From contig NC_045696.1 in assembly GCF_009834535.1 (NCBI RefSeq), positions 41,480,001-41,544,000 of the forward strand: 64,000 nucleotides of DNA. Direction: 5' to 3'. Both the position numbers and the translations under genes were made by a program. The notes under the pieces were generated by a model. The model did not search any database and was not told the origin of the DNA. It saw nothing but the letters and a program-made list of their open reading frames with translations. Of this stretch, positions 51,915 through 64,000 are shown in pieces. This DNA is from Camelus ferus. Lineage: Eukaryota. Numbering within the stretch: position 1 is the stretch's first letter; every line of letters starts with the position of its first letter.

Positions 51915-53876
51915 AAGTTGTCATATACCACAATCCAACAGGATTCATTCCAGGGATGCAAGGATGGTTCAGTATCCACAAATCAATAAATGTGATACAT
52001 CACATTAATAAAACAAAGGATAAAAATTATATGATCATCTCAAGACAAGGTACAGAAAAAGCATTTGACAAAATTCAACATCTGTTTATGGTAAAAACTC
52101 TTAACAAAATGGATATGGAGGGAAATACTTCAACATAATAAAGGCCTTATATGAAAAACCTATAGCCAATATGAAAAGCTTTTTCCTCTAAGATCAGGAA
52201 CAAAATCAGGATACCTACTCTTGCCACTTTTATTCAATACAGTATTGAAAGTCCAGCCAGAGCAATTAGGCTAATAATAACAGTAGGCATGGAAATCAGA
52301 AAGGAAGAAGTAAAACTATCACTATATGCAGATGACATGATTTTATATATAGAAAACTCTAAAAAGTCCACTAAAAAGCTGTTAGAACTAATAACTGAAT
52401 TTCATAAAGTTGCAGGAAACAAAATCAATTTACAAAAATCTGTGGCATTTCTATAAACTAATAAGTAAGCTACTTGAAAAAGAAATTAAGAAAATAATCT
52501 AATTTACAATAGCATCAGAAAGAATAAAATACTTAGGAGTAAATTTAACCAAGGAGGTGAAACACCTGTTCTCTGAAAACTGTGACACTGATGAAAGAAA
52601 CTGAAGGAGACACAAATAATGGAAATATATTCCACGCTTATGGACTAGAAGAATTAATATTATTTAAATGTCCATACTACCCAAAGCAATCTACAGATTC
52701 AATGCAATCCTTATCAATATTCCAATGGCATTTTCCACAGAAATAGAAAAAACAACCTTAAAATTTATATAGAACCACAAAACATCCCTCATAGCCAAAG
52801 CAATCTTGAGAAGAAATAACAAAGCTGGAGGCATCACACCTTTCCAAATTCAAACATTAATACAAAATTATACTAATCAAAGCAGTATGGTACTGGCATA
52901 AAAACAGACATAGTTCAGTTGAAAAGAATAGAGAGCCCCCAAATAAACCCACACATATATAGTCAATTAATGTTCAACAAAGGAGCCAAGAATATAAAAT
53001 GGGGAAAGGACAGTCTCTTCAAAAATGGTGTTGGGAAAAGTGGACCGCCACATGCAACAGGATGAAACTGGACCACTATCTTACACCATACACAAAAATT
53101 AACACAAAATGGATTAAAGAATTGATCATAAGACCTAAAATTGTAAAACTTCTAGAAGGAAACACAGGCAATAAGCTCCTTGACATCAATCCTGATGATG
53201 AGTTTTTGGATTTGACACCAAAAGCACAGGCAACAAAAGCAGAAATAAACAAGTGGAATGATACCAAATCAAAAAAGCTTCCACAGGGAACCCCTGAACA
53301 CTGTTGGTGGGACTGTAAATTGTGCAGCCACTATGAAAAACAGTATGAAGTTTTCTCAAAACACTAAAAATAAAACCAGCATATGACCCAGCAATTCCAC
53401 TTCTGGGTATATACCCAAAACAAAAAAACAAAAACACTAATTTGAAAAAGTACGTGCACCCATGTTCACAGCAGCATTATTGACAATTGCCAAGATAAGG
53501 AAGCAATCTAAGTGTCCATCAACAGATGAATGGATAAAGATGTGGCATATATATATATACAATGGACTACTACTCAGCCATAAAAAAGACTGAAATTTTG
53601 CCATTTGCAGCAACATGAATGGACTTGGAGGGCATTATGCTAAGTGAAATAAGTCAGACAGAGAAAAACAAATACTGTATGATATCACCTTTATGTGGAA
53701 TCTAAAAAATACAACAAATTAGTGAATATAACAAAAAAGAAGCAGACTCACAGATATAAGGAACAAACTAGTGGTTAGGAGTGGGGAGAGGGAAAGGAGA
53801 AGGGGCAATACAGGAGTAGGGGGGTAAGAGATACAGTATATTACATATAAAATAAGCTACAGGAATATATTGTACA
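51915..53876 (+). mobile_element. LINE-1 ORF2 3' half with internal deletion and truncated 3'UTR
   Basis: [17 protein letters not shown] and tatgcagatgac (YADD). At ~53285 the sequence jumps from KSF to the HCWWDC region. Confidence 0.95.
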
Positions 53877-54177
53877 AAAAGTAACTAGGATTTGAAGAAA
53901 GGAAGCAGCTCATTCAAAATTACAGAGCCCAAACTAAGAATAATACAGGATTGGAGCCTCCTGATTTCCAAATCAGTGCTTTCCAGTACATCATGTGCCT
54001 GTGTATAATTCAATAATCAGAGGGAAGCAGACTGAATTCCCTATGTCTTATGAAAATCAGAGGCAAGCTCATATTCATAAACACAGGTGACATAGTTGTT
54101 GTTTTCTGTTTGTTTTATGTAAAAAGCCTGGAAGTCCAACTGAAAAATAAACTGCATGCTTCTAAATCCTAAAATTA

Positions 54178-54323
54178 AGAAAGGAAGGAAGGAAGGGAGG
54201 AAGGGAGGGAGGGGAGGGAAGGAAGGAAGGGAGGGAGGGAGGAAGGGAGGGAAGGAAGGAAGGAAGGAAGAAGTAAAAAGAAAAGAAAAGAAAAGAAAAG
54301 AAGGAAGAAAGAAAGAAAGAAAG
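54178..54323. repeat. (GGAA/GGGA)n plus (AAAAG)n polypurine tract
   Basis: Seen directly. Confidence 0.97.
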
Positions 54324-54325
54324 AG

Positions 54326-55470
54326 TGAGCTTCTGCACAGTAAAGGAAACCATCAACAAAATGAAAAGGTAACCTATGGAAGAGGAAAAATGTTTGCAAA
54401 TAATATATTTAATAAGATTTTATTATTCAAAATACATAGAGAACTCATATACCTCAATATCAAAAACAATCTGATTTGTAAAATGGACAGAATTGAATTT
54501 TTCCAAACAATACATACAGATGGCCAACAAGAACATGAAAAGATGCTCAGCATCACTCATCATCAGGGAAATACAAATCAAAATCACAATGAAATATCAC
54601 CTTGCACCTGTTAGAAGAGCTATTATCAAAAAGACAAGCGACAAACAAGGGTGAATAAGGATGTGGAGAAAAGGAAATTCTTGTGCACTGTTAGTGGGAA
54701 AGTAAATTAGTAGAGCCACTTGGAAAACAATATGAAGGTTTCTCAAAAAATTAAAAACAGAACTATCATATGATCCAGCAATTCCACTTCTGGGTATTTA
54801 TCCAAAGGAAATAAAAGCACTAACTCAAAAAGATATATGCACCCCTATGTTGATTGCAGCATTATTTACAACACTCAAGACATGGAAACAACCTAGTATC
54901 CATCAAAGGATGAATGGATAAGGAAAATGTGAGATATATAGATACAGATGTATATATATAGATACATACACATACAAGGGAATATTATTCAGCCATTAAA
55001 AAGAACAAAAGCCATTTGCAATAACATGAATGGACCTTGAGGGCATTATATTAAGTGAAATAAGTAACAGAGAATGTAAAATATCACATAATCTCACTTC
55101 TATATGGAATCTTTAAAAAATACTAAACTCTTAAATAACAGATTAGTGGTTGCCAGAAGCGGGGGGGGGGGGGGGGAGCAGTGAATGACGGGTGTCAGAA
55201 AGTATATACTTCAGTTATAATTAAGTCCTGGGGTATAACACTACAGCGTGGTGACTACAGTTAACAATATTGTGTTGTATATTTGAAGGTTGCTAAGAGG
55301 GTAGGTCTTAAAAAGTTCTCATCACACATAGAAAAAATTGTAACTACATGTGGTGATGGATGGTAACTAGACACGGTGATCATTTTGCAATGTATATGTA
55401 TATATATTGAATCATTATGTTGTACACTTGAAGCCACTATAATGTTATAGATCAGATAGAACTTAATTTT
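54326..55470 (+). mobile_element. LINE-1 3' end (L1MA-like)
   Basis: agcttctgcacagtaaaggaaacc, then 3'UTR with a G-run. Confidence 0.93.
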
Positions 55471-57925
55471 AAGTAATTAATCATTTTAAGCCACTGATTT
55501 TGTGGTAGTTTGTTGCAGCAACAATAGGAAACGAAGACAACTAAGTACTGAAGCTATATTTAAAAGGCGATCGATCACGAAAAACGTGATGAGAAAAATG
55601 AAGCACACTTAGCGAAACCGCGATGGAGACGCTAATGAAGGTCTCTAACAGACATAATGCAGAGCAACCTGTTATAGGGAAATACCCAAGGTCTTCTGGA
55701 GAATCCATGAGCAATTGAAAAGAAAAGTTTCTTTACTCATTATCAACTCATCCACATCCTGACCAAGGAAAAGAAAACAATCTGTGGTTTCTGAAGGCTT
55801 TTGTTCCTTCTCTTTGCCACTTCCTCTTATATAAATCCCATCTTTTCCTCTGATAGATTCAATCTACTACTGTTTCCCTTATCAACAAAATGCTAATAAT
55901 TCATTATAGGCTGTTGAGTTACACTTTAAAAGTCTTTGATAAGTTTCAAATAGACTTTTAAAAAAGCTATACTTTGAAATATCTGTGAAGAAAAGCCTCT
56001 AAAACACTTGGTCAAATGACATTCAACTAAGAAAAGTTAGAATAAGTAAGTTAAAGCAAAAGAAAAAAGTTAATACAATAGTCTGAGTTCTTGGTTCCAA
56101 ACTGAAATTATCCTTAGCTAACTGACAAGCAATCATATTAGTGATATAAAATGCTATGTGCTGAATAGATTAATTAGATATTTGGTAAGCAATAAATACA
56201 CATAAACAATAATCAAAAGATTCCTCAAATAATTATAAATATACTATGTTCTATCAAAAAATGCATTAAGTCCTTATTCTGTAAGGAAATTCAATTTATA
56301 GATATAATAATTTTTAAAGGAAAAGCTTACTATGTTTGCATTGCCATGAAAATTCATAATAGCATCATCAACTAAGCCAACCTCTTCAATGGTGATGTCT
56401 TAATTCTACTTGAGTTTTTATAGAAGCATATGACTTACAACACATTTTACTCATATGGAGTTTTTGCCCCAGCAAAGACAGGTTCCCCTCCTTTTCTTTA
56501 TTCTTCAGCAGAGACTGAGGCAGAGAGGTTAAACAGCTTGCTTGGGTCATACAACTAGTTAATAGTCAAGTCAAGCCTCCTGACTCTTGACCTAGGACTC
56601 TCCATGGCCCCAAACTGTGCAAACTAGAACACTGTGAAGAATGCCACATGCTGTCAAACTCCATGTCCAATAAGAATTCAAGTGTTTGGAGGGTTAGGTT
56701 AAAGATCTTCTCAGATCAGTCCTGACTAGGGATTCTGGATTTAACACTATGGCTGACTCTCCACACTTGGGAGATGCAGCCCCAGTTTCCACAAAGAACA
56801 AATATGTATTTTCCTTGTGAAGTTATACACATGTAAAATATAGATACTTGTCAAGATTCTTTTTGGTTTCATTCACATGCAAAAGTCATCTATGGCTGAA
56901 ACCAGGTGAGATGAGGATATGATCTTTACGCAAGAGAGCCAAGAGAACTTTTTTAAATGAAACTCTCCCCCAGTTTGCACCAGCACTTATGCAGTTAATA
57001 CCTCTTTTCATTTTCTGTATTTACATGATAAGTTTCTCTACTTCCCACCGGAAAATGTCTGGGAACTTATTTCAGACTGTTTATTTTAAGTTAGGGGAAT
57101 TTAAACAGAGGTTAATCAGTCCCAATTGTTTAGAAGTGGGTCACAGATTTTGTTTCCTCTTAAATTAAAATGCCTCGTGGCTGTTGATGTGAGAATACAG
57201 AAAGGTCACCAGCTTTCTTCCTTTGCCTTTAGAAATAAACAAGACACTATACACATACTAAACTATACTCATAGTCAGGTTGAGGATTAAAGTCCCTGGA
57301 CTATGACAGCATAACAGCCAAGCAGCACCTGGCCTGGGGGGTGAGGAGGACATTACAGGACTGTAAGAACTTGCTTCCAAGGCCATGGATGAAGGAACTG
57401 AGGTTAGAAAAGACATGAGCTTCAAGCACTACTGCTTGCTTCCTAACTAGTGCTCGATCTAGTGGGTGACTAAACCCATCTGAGTTTGAGAACAGAATGG
57501 GTACTAGCACTTCCCTTTCTACTCATTCATCTTTAGATGAATAGAAAATTCATCTTTTTTACTTAGGATTCTTTAACATATCATAATAATCATCAAGTCT
57601 TTTTTTTAGTTTTTATCTGAAAGTTACTTTTAAGTGATGTTTATCATCATCAGTACTGGAGTTCTTTTCCGTAATCTATTTGTAATCCTAATGTGCTGAT
57701 CAAGTGCTATGTGGTAGAAATATGCTGGCTTGGAGGACTTAGAGCTGAAATGTAGGGGTTGTGAAAGAAATTGGTGTAGAATCTTTTTGAGGTTCAGTAA
57801 ACCAAGGCATCAATCACAGTAGGATACATTTTATGGAGGGGAAATGATGCCATCTTATTTGAAGATATAAAATATGAAAATTAGAGTAAGCATCAAAGCA
57901 AAGCCCATTAGCAAGAAGGAAAGCA

Positions 57926-58082
57926 GGGAGGAGGGTATATCTCAGTGGTAGGGGGGAGGGTATAGTTCAGTGGTAGAGTGCATGCTTAGCATGCACAAGG
58001 TCCTGGGTTCAATCCCCAGTACCTCCATTAAATTAAATAAACAAATAAACCTAATTACCTTCCCCTCACCCCCCCAAAAAAG
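57926..58082 (+). mobile_element. tRNA-derived SINE (vic-1-like)
   Basis: A and B boxes, gcatgcttagcatgcacaaggtcctgggttcaatcccc. TSD core aagaaggaaa at 57913-57922 and 58084-58093. Confidence 0.93.
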
Positions 58083-58469
58083 TAAGAAGGAAAACATTCA
58101 TGGGATAATTAGGAGTTAAAGAACAGAAAGGAAGCCATATTATTTTCCCAGAAGTTTAATGTTCATTCTGCAGAGTTGCTGTAAGAGTTGAGTAGATACA
58201 AATTATACCATATACTTTCACTCACATGCAGCCTGGCACAAAGTGTATGACCAACAAATATTTATTGAACTTGGATGTGAGAAACAGACAGCAGTAGAAA
58301 AGCAGGAATAGGAGTATGAATATTTGATTTTTTTTTTTAAGCATTAGCTACACTGGCGGAGTTCTAAGTAAATGGAAAAATCTGTTGTGGCAACTAGAAT
58401 AATTCTCTTTGTTTTTATGATGCGTACACTAGAAAATTTTCTGTGTGAGTTCTCACTTGAAAATGCTCA

Positions 58470-58761
58470 GACTCACAGACATAGAAAACAAACTTATGGT
58501 TACCAAAGGGGGAAAGGGAGGAGGAAGGATAAATTAGGAGTATGGGATTAACATACATACACCACTATATATAAAATAGATAAACAACAAGGATTTACTG
58601 CATGGCACAGGGACCTATATTCAATATCTGGTAATAACCTAAAATGGAAAAGAATCTGAAGCTGTATACCTGAAACTAACACAACATTGTAAATCAACTA
58701 AAGTTAAATAAAAATAAATAAAAATAAATCCCAGCATCCTCTAAAAATAAATTTACAAAAT
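58470..58761 (+). mobile_element. Short LINE-1 3' end with small 3' extension
   Basis: TSD aaaatgctca at 58460-58469 and 58762-58771. Confidence 0.9.
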
Positions 58762-58939
58762 AAAATGCTCAAGTTTCCCAAGTTATTCAGATATCGATTA
58801 TCTGTAAATTAAATGATATATATGATCAAATATAGCAACTTTGTTTTACAAAAAAAGCAAATGAACAAAACTTTTAAAAAATAAAGCCAATATAATGTAG
58901 CAAGACAATCCCATAAGCAATATTTGAAAATCAGTCTTA

Positions 58940-59567
58940 AAGATACATTTATTTCTGATTATAATAAAATCAAATTCTCAGGGAGGACTCAATAATTTCT
59001 TGCCAGCTAAAGGGAAGCTACTGTGGGATTTTAGCCAAGAAACTGAATGCTTTTAAGATTAGAATGCATTACTGAGTCTTAAATTTTTTAAAATACCTGA
59101 GCAACTGATTTTATAGTTTGTGGAAAGCACAGACTAGTATTACTAGCTATGAAAGTTATATTTCTTTCATAACTAATCTTTCTCCTTGATTTCTCTAGTA
59201 ATGGCCTTTGTGTAATCCTGTACTTCCTACTGGGATTTAGAGCTGGAGGACGAGGATTACTCACACACACAATTCAGTCCATCACCCTCGTAAAAGTATA
59301 TCTATATTTACACTTGTAGGAACCATGTATGTTATGACATCGAGTGAAGCTGCTGCACTGATACTGACCAAGGGAGCATTCATCTACATCTGCATCTGCA
59401 TCCAGTAGCAGGAAAAGAAGAGGTTTATTTGGGGAATAAATATACCAAAAAAAAAAAAAAATACACAGTTTCAAAAATATTTTTGCTTTTCAATGTGAAA
59501 GTCCATGAAAAACTGGCAGATAATCAGAAGAAATAAAGTACATGTGCATCCTAGAAAGAAAAGAAAA
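58940..59567 (+). mobile_element. Non-L1 retrotransposed insertion (orphan transduction or retrocopy-like)
   Basis: TSD gaaaatcag(t/c)ctta at 58926-58939 and 59568-59581. AATAAA at 59532-59537, A-rich tail at 59553-59567, and TTT/GAAAA at the left nick site. Confidence 0.75.
59265..59389 (-). pseudogene. NPNT: Isolated nephronectin-like calcium-binding EGF pseudo-exon, frameshifted
   Basis: [28 protein letters not shown], then YEGDGLNCV in a shifted frame. This matches recalled NPNT ([39 protein letters not shown]). cag acceptor, gtgagt donor, 125 nt. The fifth Cys is lost. Confidence 0.85.
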
Positions 59568-59589
59568 GAAAATCAGCCTTACTCGAACC

Positions 59590-59720
59590 AAAATTCAAAG
59601 TCAAGAGAACTTGGGACAAAACTGGCTCTACTACTAATAAGCTGTGTCACCGTGAACATATGACTTCAGCAAGCTAGACCTCAGTTTCAACGTACATAGA
59701 GTAGTGCATGGAACGTCTGA
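59590..59720 (+). mobile_element. MIR fragment
   Basis: ctggctctactactaataagctgtgtcacc...cctcagtttc. Confidence 0.6.
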
Positions 59721-59974
59721 TTATATTTCAAGATCATTTAGGAAAAATAGTTCAGCTTAATGGATTTATAAATGTTTTATGTGTCCGTCATGGCTTATAT
59801 TTAGCAGAGGCAGTATGGCACAGAAGAAAGAATAGACTTAAGACTAGTTTCTTAGCCTCAGGACAGTCAATCTCCTTGAGTCTGATCACTTTTGAGTATT
59901 AACCTCATTAATACTCATTTTATAAGGTTCTTATAAAATTTTAAATAGATGTACTTAAACATATATTTCACTGG

Positions 59975-60590
59975 TGACTCTCATTCATTGCTAGTGGGGA
60001 TGTAAAATACTTCAGCCCCTTTGGAAGACAGTTTAGCAATTTCTTATAAATTAAATATACTTATAAATCATATACCATATGATTCAGCAATCTCACTCCT
60101 TAGTATTTATCCAAAGGAGTTGAAAACTTTTGTCCAGCCAGAAATCTGCACACCTATGTTTATAGCCACTTTATTCACCATTGCCCAAACTTGGAAGCAA
60201 CCAAGATGTCCTTCAGTAGGTGAATGGATCAATAAACTGAGGCCCAACCAGACAACAGACTATTACTCAGCACTAAAAAGAAAAGACCAGCAAGCCACAT
60301 AAAGACATGGGGGAAACTTAAATGTGTATCACTAAGTAAAAGAGGCCAATTTGAAAAGGCTACTTACTGTATGATTCCAACTACATGTCATTCTGGAAAA
60401 AGCAAACTATGGAGACAATAAAAAAGATCAGTGGTTGCTGGGAGGAGGGGCGTGTGGAGGGATGAATAGGTGGCGCACAGAGGATTTTTTATATTCCTAG
60501 TAGAGTGAAACTACACTGTATGATATTACAATGGTGGATACACGTCATTGTACATTTTCCAAAATGCTGAACCTAAGACTGCTCTAAAAA
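59975..60590 (+). mobile_element. L1MC-like 3' fragment
   Basis: PYDSAISLLSIYPKELKT...CTPMFIA and ggatgaataggtggcgcacagaggatttt. Confidence 0.9.
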
Positions 60591-63500
60591 AAATGAGTCT
60601 ATTTTTTCAAAAAATATATTACACAAAGAAGGCTTTAAGAAAATTCTATCCCAGGCTCTTTCCAAAGGTAAGCACAAAGATTTACCGAAAAATACGTTCA
60701 ACAAAATAATTATGTTGATTGCAAAAAGATACGTTTGTAATTGCTCTCCGCTCTCAAGAGATGAATGGGGGAGAGAAAGGGGAAAATGTCAAGTTGTCCA
60801 ACCAAGGATTAAAATATTTTCATTTTAACATTAACCAAGTCTTTGTAATGATCAGCACAAGTCATTTAATAAAAAACATTAGGCAGCATATAGAGAAGGG
60901 AGAGACAGAATACAAAGTTTTATCCTTGATTAAGCTCTTCATTTGGTCAAATAACCACAAACATCCTTTAAAGTAAGCATGACAAGATCCACCCCCTTAG
61001 GCAGCTGCTTTCCAAACGGTGCAGCTGTGCTGTAATCTGAGTTATTGGAAATTCTCAAAACTGGGATATTATAGCCTATGAAAAGTAAACCAGAGTTGAG
61101 AAACTCCACTGATTTCCAACATGAGAAAAAAGTACCTTCCATTTTCACATGGTGAGTCATGCATGTATTTATTTTTCAGAGATAAAATCTCCCCAGTATT
61201 ATTTCAGAATTATTAAAAAGACCTCGGCTGTGAGTCTACAGGACTTTCTGCTACTTAATTAAGCAGGACATAGGACAGCACACCTTCAAATACCTACACG
61301 GGTGTTAGTCAGAACAACGTGGGCTCTACAGAGGAGGTGGTGGGGTTACAGAATCGTACTCATCACATGATTGTTTCTTTAAAGCCCAAGTCCTCAGCCA
61401 AGAGGAGTTTTCACTTCTCTGTAGCCATAAGCACACAGCAAGATTATCCCTTGTTCAGACAGGTCTCTCCAGTACAAGTCAGAAGACATGAGGAGACTGG
61501 AATACAACTATTCAAAGACCAGCCTCAGAATGAGATACGAAGAATTTCCAAATATTTTTAGATTTTAAAACAAATGTCTTGGCTCTACTCATTTCTAACC
61601 AATCAAATCTTCACTGTGCATCTATTGTGAGTAAAGAACAATGACACATCTACAACATTTTTGGATTACTGCAGTCTTTTCTAATTTCTTCCTTTCCCTT
61701 CTCAGGGACCAAATGGGTGTATCATCTTCTTAAAAAAAAAAAAAAAAGCAAACACTAGGATGTGTTTTAAAAGCTCATCTGAGAAAACTGAAAAACTATC
61801 CTAACATCACTTTTTATTTTCCAGCTGGGACTAAAGACTGAGGTAATGGGACTATATGATATGCTCAGGACTGGTAGGTAGCTGTTTAAAGAAAAGTTGA
61901 TTGATGTGGGCAATCAAAAATTGACTAGTACTTTACACATTTTAACTAAAACATGAAAATATACATTTATTTACCTATCTTCATATATAAAGAAAATTAT
62001 CACAATATCACATTCAAATTTCCAATGACTCTCAGGGCAGGAAAGAACACAGGGTCCCTTGTCAAGCAGTAGGAGTGAAAACGCTTTCTAGATTAGTGTG
62101 ATCACTCCCTCCAGTCTCAGTTACCTCATTCACACCTAATTAGGCAGCAAGCACAGTGCCATGGTTTTCCATCCAAACATCCAAAGCATTCATCTTAGTT
62201 TCCTTAAAAATAATTCTCATTCCAATATTTATTTCATTGATGTATACATCAAACTAGATGTATATAATTATAACATAACAAGTATATACTAGATTGTATA
62301 ATAAAATACAGAAACTGGAATTAAAAGATTTCAGAACAGTTTAATTGGTGGAGGCAGTGCTAGAGAGCAGCCCGCGGTTTGCGGACAGGCTCAGTACGCT
62401 ATCAGCACTAGAAAAAGCCTCTCAGAGGAGGAAAGTGCCACAGTCAATACAGAAAGCTGGTGAATGAATGTCAACGGGAAGTGCTTCTGTCTAATTAACT
62501 GGGGTGTCTGGATTATGACCATGAGAAAACAGGCCTAATTAACACCTTTCCCAAACATCGTTCCAAATTCACATCATTTGTGTATCTCCAAAAGTCTTAT
62601 TTTTCTGTGGATATGGGGGGGGGGGTGGTTCTCATGTGCATGCGCGCGCACATGCATGCAATAGAGGATACTGTGAACTGTCTCCAAGCACTCTAGGAAT
62701 GTTTCTAAAGCTTATTTTTTTTATTTGGCAATTTTTAAAACATGTGTTTTTTTCTCTGCATCATCCAAAAAACCACCTCAAAGCTGAATACTGCCTCCCC
62801 AAGAATTACGATCCTGGGAGCACGAATGACCACATAATTTAACTTTGTATATGGAGATAAGCATGGCTAACTGCTTTTAGTTGCTACCATCTAATGTCAA
62901 GCTAACTGCTCTGCACTGTTTTCACATTGAATTCTTGTTACCAGTTATAAAGACAATTTCCCTTTTACCAAGAAAATCTGTAGTTGAAAGGCATGTCTTT
63001 CAGAGAAGCAGACTTCAGTTTAAGAGATTAACATTGAAGGCTATTTGATACAAAACCAACATGGTATGGTGGCAAAATGTATTAATTGTCACAAATTATG
63101 AGGAATAGCATCAATGTACTCACACCAAGCAAGAGACAAATCACATCCGAACTTAATATAAAAGAAGTTTTCAACAGTTTAAAATTTCCAGTTAAGGATC
63201 AAGAAAAGGAATAAGGAAACCTGAGTTACAGTCATGTCATTTTTAAAAGGGATGCATTAATCACTTCTAGTATTTACAGATTGACCTCAACCTGAGAGCA
63301 GTGTTTAAACTATTACTATTTTCAACATCTGCAAAAATCAAGAAATTCAGATATTTTTTTCTCTAGTAATTTGATTAAATGCCACTGTAATACAGAATTC
63401 AATAACAACACAATGATAATCTTGTCTTGAATCAACATGAAAACTTTAAAGTGATATGTTATTTACAATGGCATCTAGAATTGTTTCTTGCTAGAATTTT

Positions 63501-64000
63501 GGTGAAGGGTGAAGTCTGATTATGGTGAACTATTTGAAAAGCTTTGAAATTATTAATGATATTCTGTACAACATACTTATACAAGCAGGCAGTCTCTGCA
63601 TTGGTAGAATTGAAGCTCAAATACACAAAGTAAATACATTACACCTAAAAAAAAGGTAATTTAGTTTCAATAAAATAAGCACATTAAAATAGTTCATTTG
63701 AGTTATATTCAATTTTATAATATTATTTGCTTATTTGTAAATTTCTTTTACTTTTATAGTTGTACAAAGAGCCACAGATACAAGGAGTTGGTAAGTATGT
63801 ACAAATATGAAATATCTAAGTAATAGTAAAACACTCTTTTAAGTCCAGTGGGAGCCCCTCCAGGAAGCTCCCATATCCTTTGGGGGTCCTACCTGTCACT
63901 GCACACTCAGCTTATTGGCACCACAGGGTGTTCAAGGCTCACCTGTGCGCCCCTCCCCCAGGACTGTAATCAGGCATTTCCCCAAAGCAGGAATTCAGAA

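Noticed and set aside
54156..54614. 152-aa ORF and overlapping antisense ORFs
   Set aside because: Artefact of a stop-free polypurine repeat joined to L1 sequence.
53270..54680. The L1 at 54326 as the relocated piece deleted from the L1 at 51915
   Set aside because: It starts at a similar ORF2 position but continues to its own, different 3'UTR, so it is an independent insertion.
47862..58082. tRNA genes
   Set aside because: The A/B boxes belong to SINEs with tails and TSDs.
59265..59389. Functional NPNT gene at this locus
   Set aside because: Frameshift, lost Cys, no other NPNT exons seen, and the exon lies within a TSD-bounded insert.

Overview
AT-rich, repeat-dense mammalian genomic DNA. 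It is very probably camelid (alpaca/llama/camel), because it carries three tRNA-derived SINEs resembling the camelid vic-1 family. Much of the window is transposon debris: many 5'-truncated LINE-1s (several 5'-inverted, nested or carrying 3' transductions), L2, MIR, hAT and Tigger MITEs, and four solo ERV LTRs within 7 kb. No intact protein-coding gene is evident, and the ORF track is mostly L1 ORF2 pieces or noise. The best find is a ~630-bp insertion (58940-59567) bounded by a 14-bp target-site duplication (TSD), with AATAAA and an A-rich tail on +. On the - strand it carries one nephronectin (NPNT)-like EGF exon with its splice sites and a +2 frameshift, so it looks like a retrotransposed exon cassette. 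Repeat orientation bias and several - strand exon-like segments, one with a U12-type donor, suggest an unidentified - strand host transcript. Repeat subfamily names come from recalled consensus sequences, and boundaries without TSDs are approximate.
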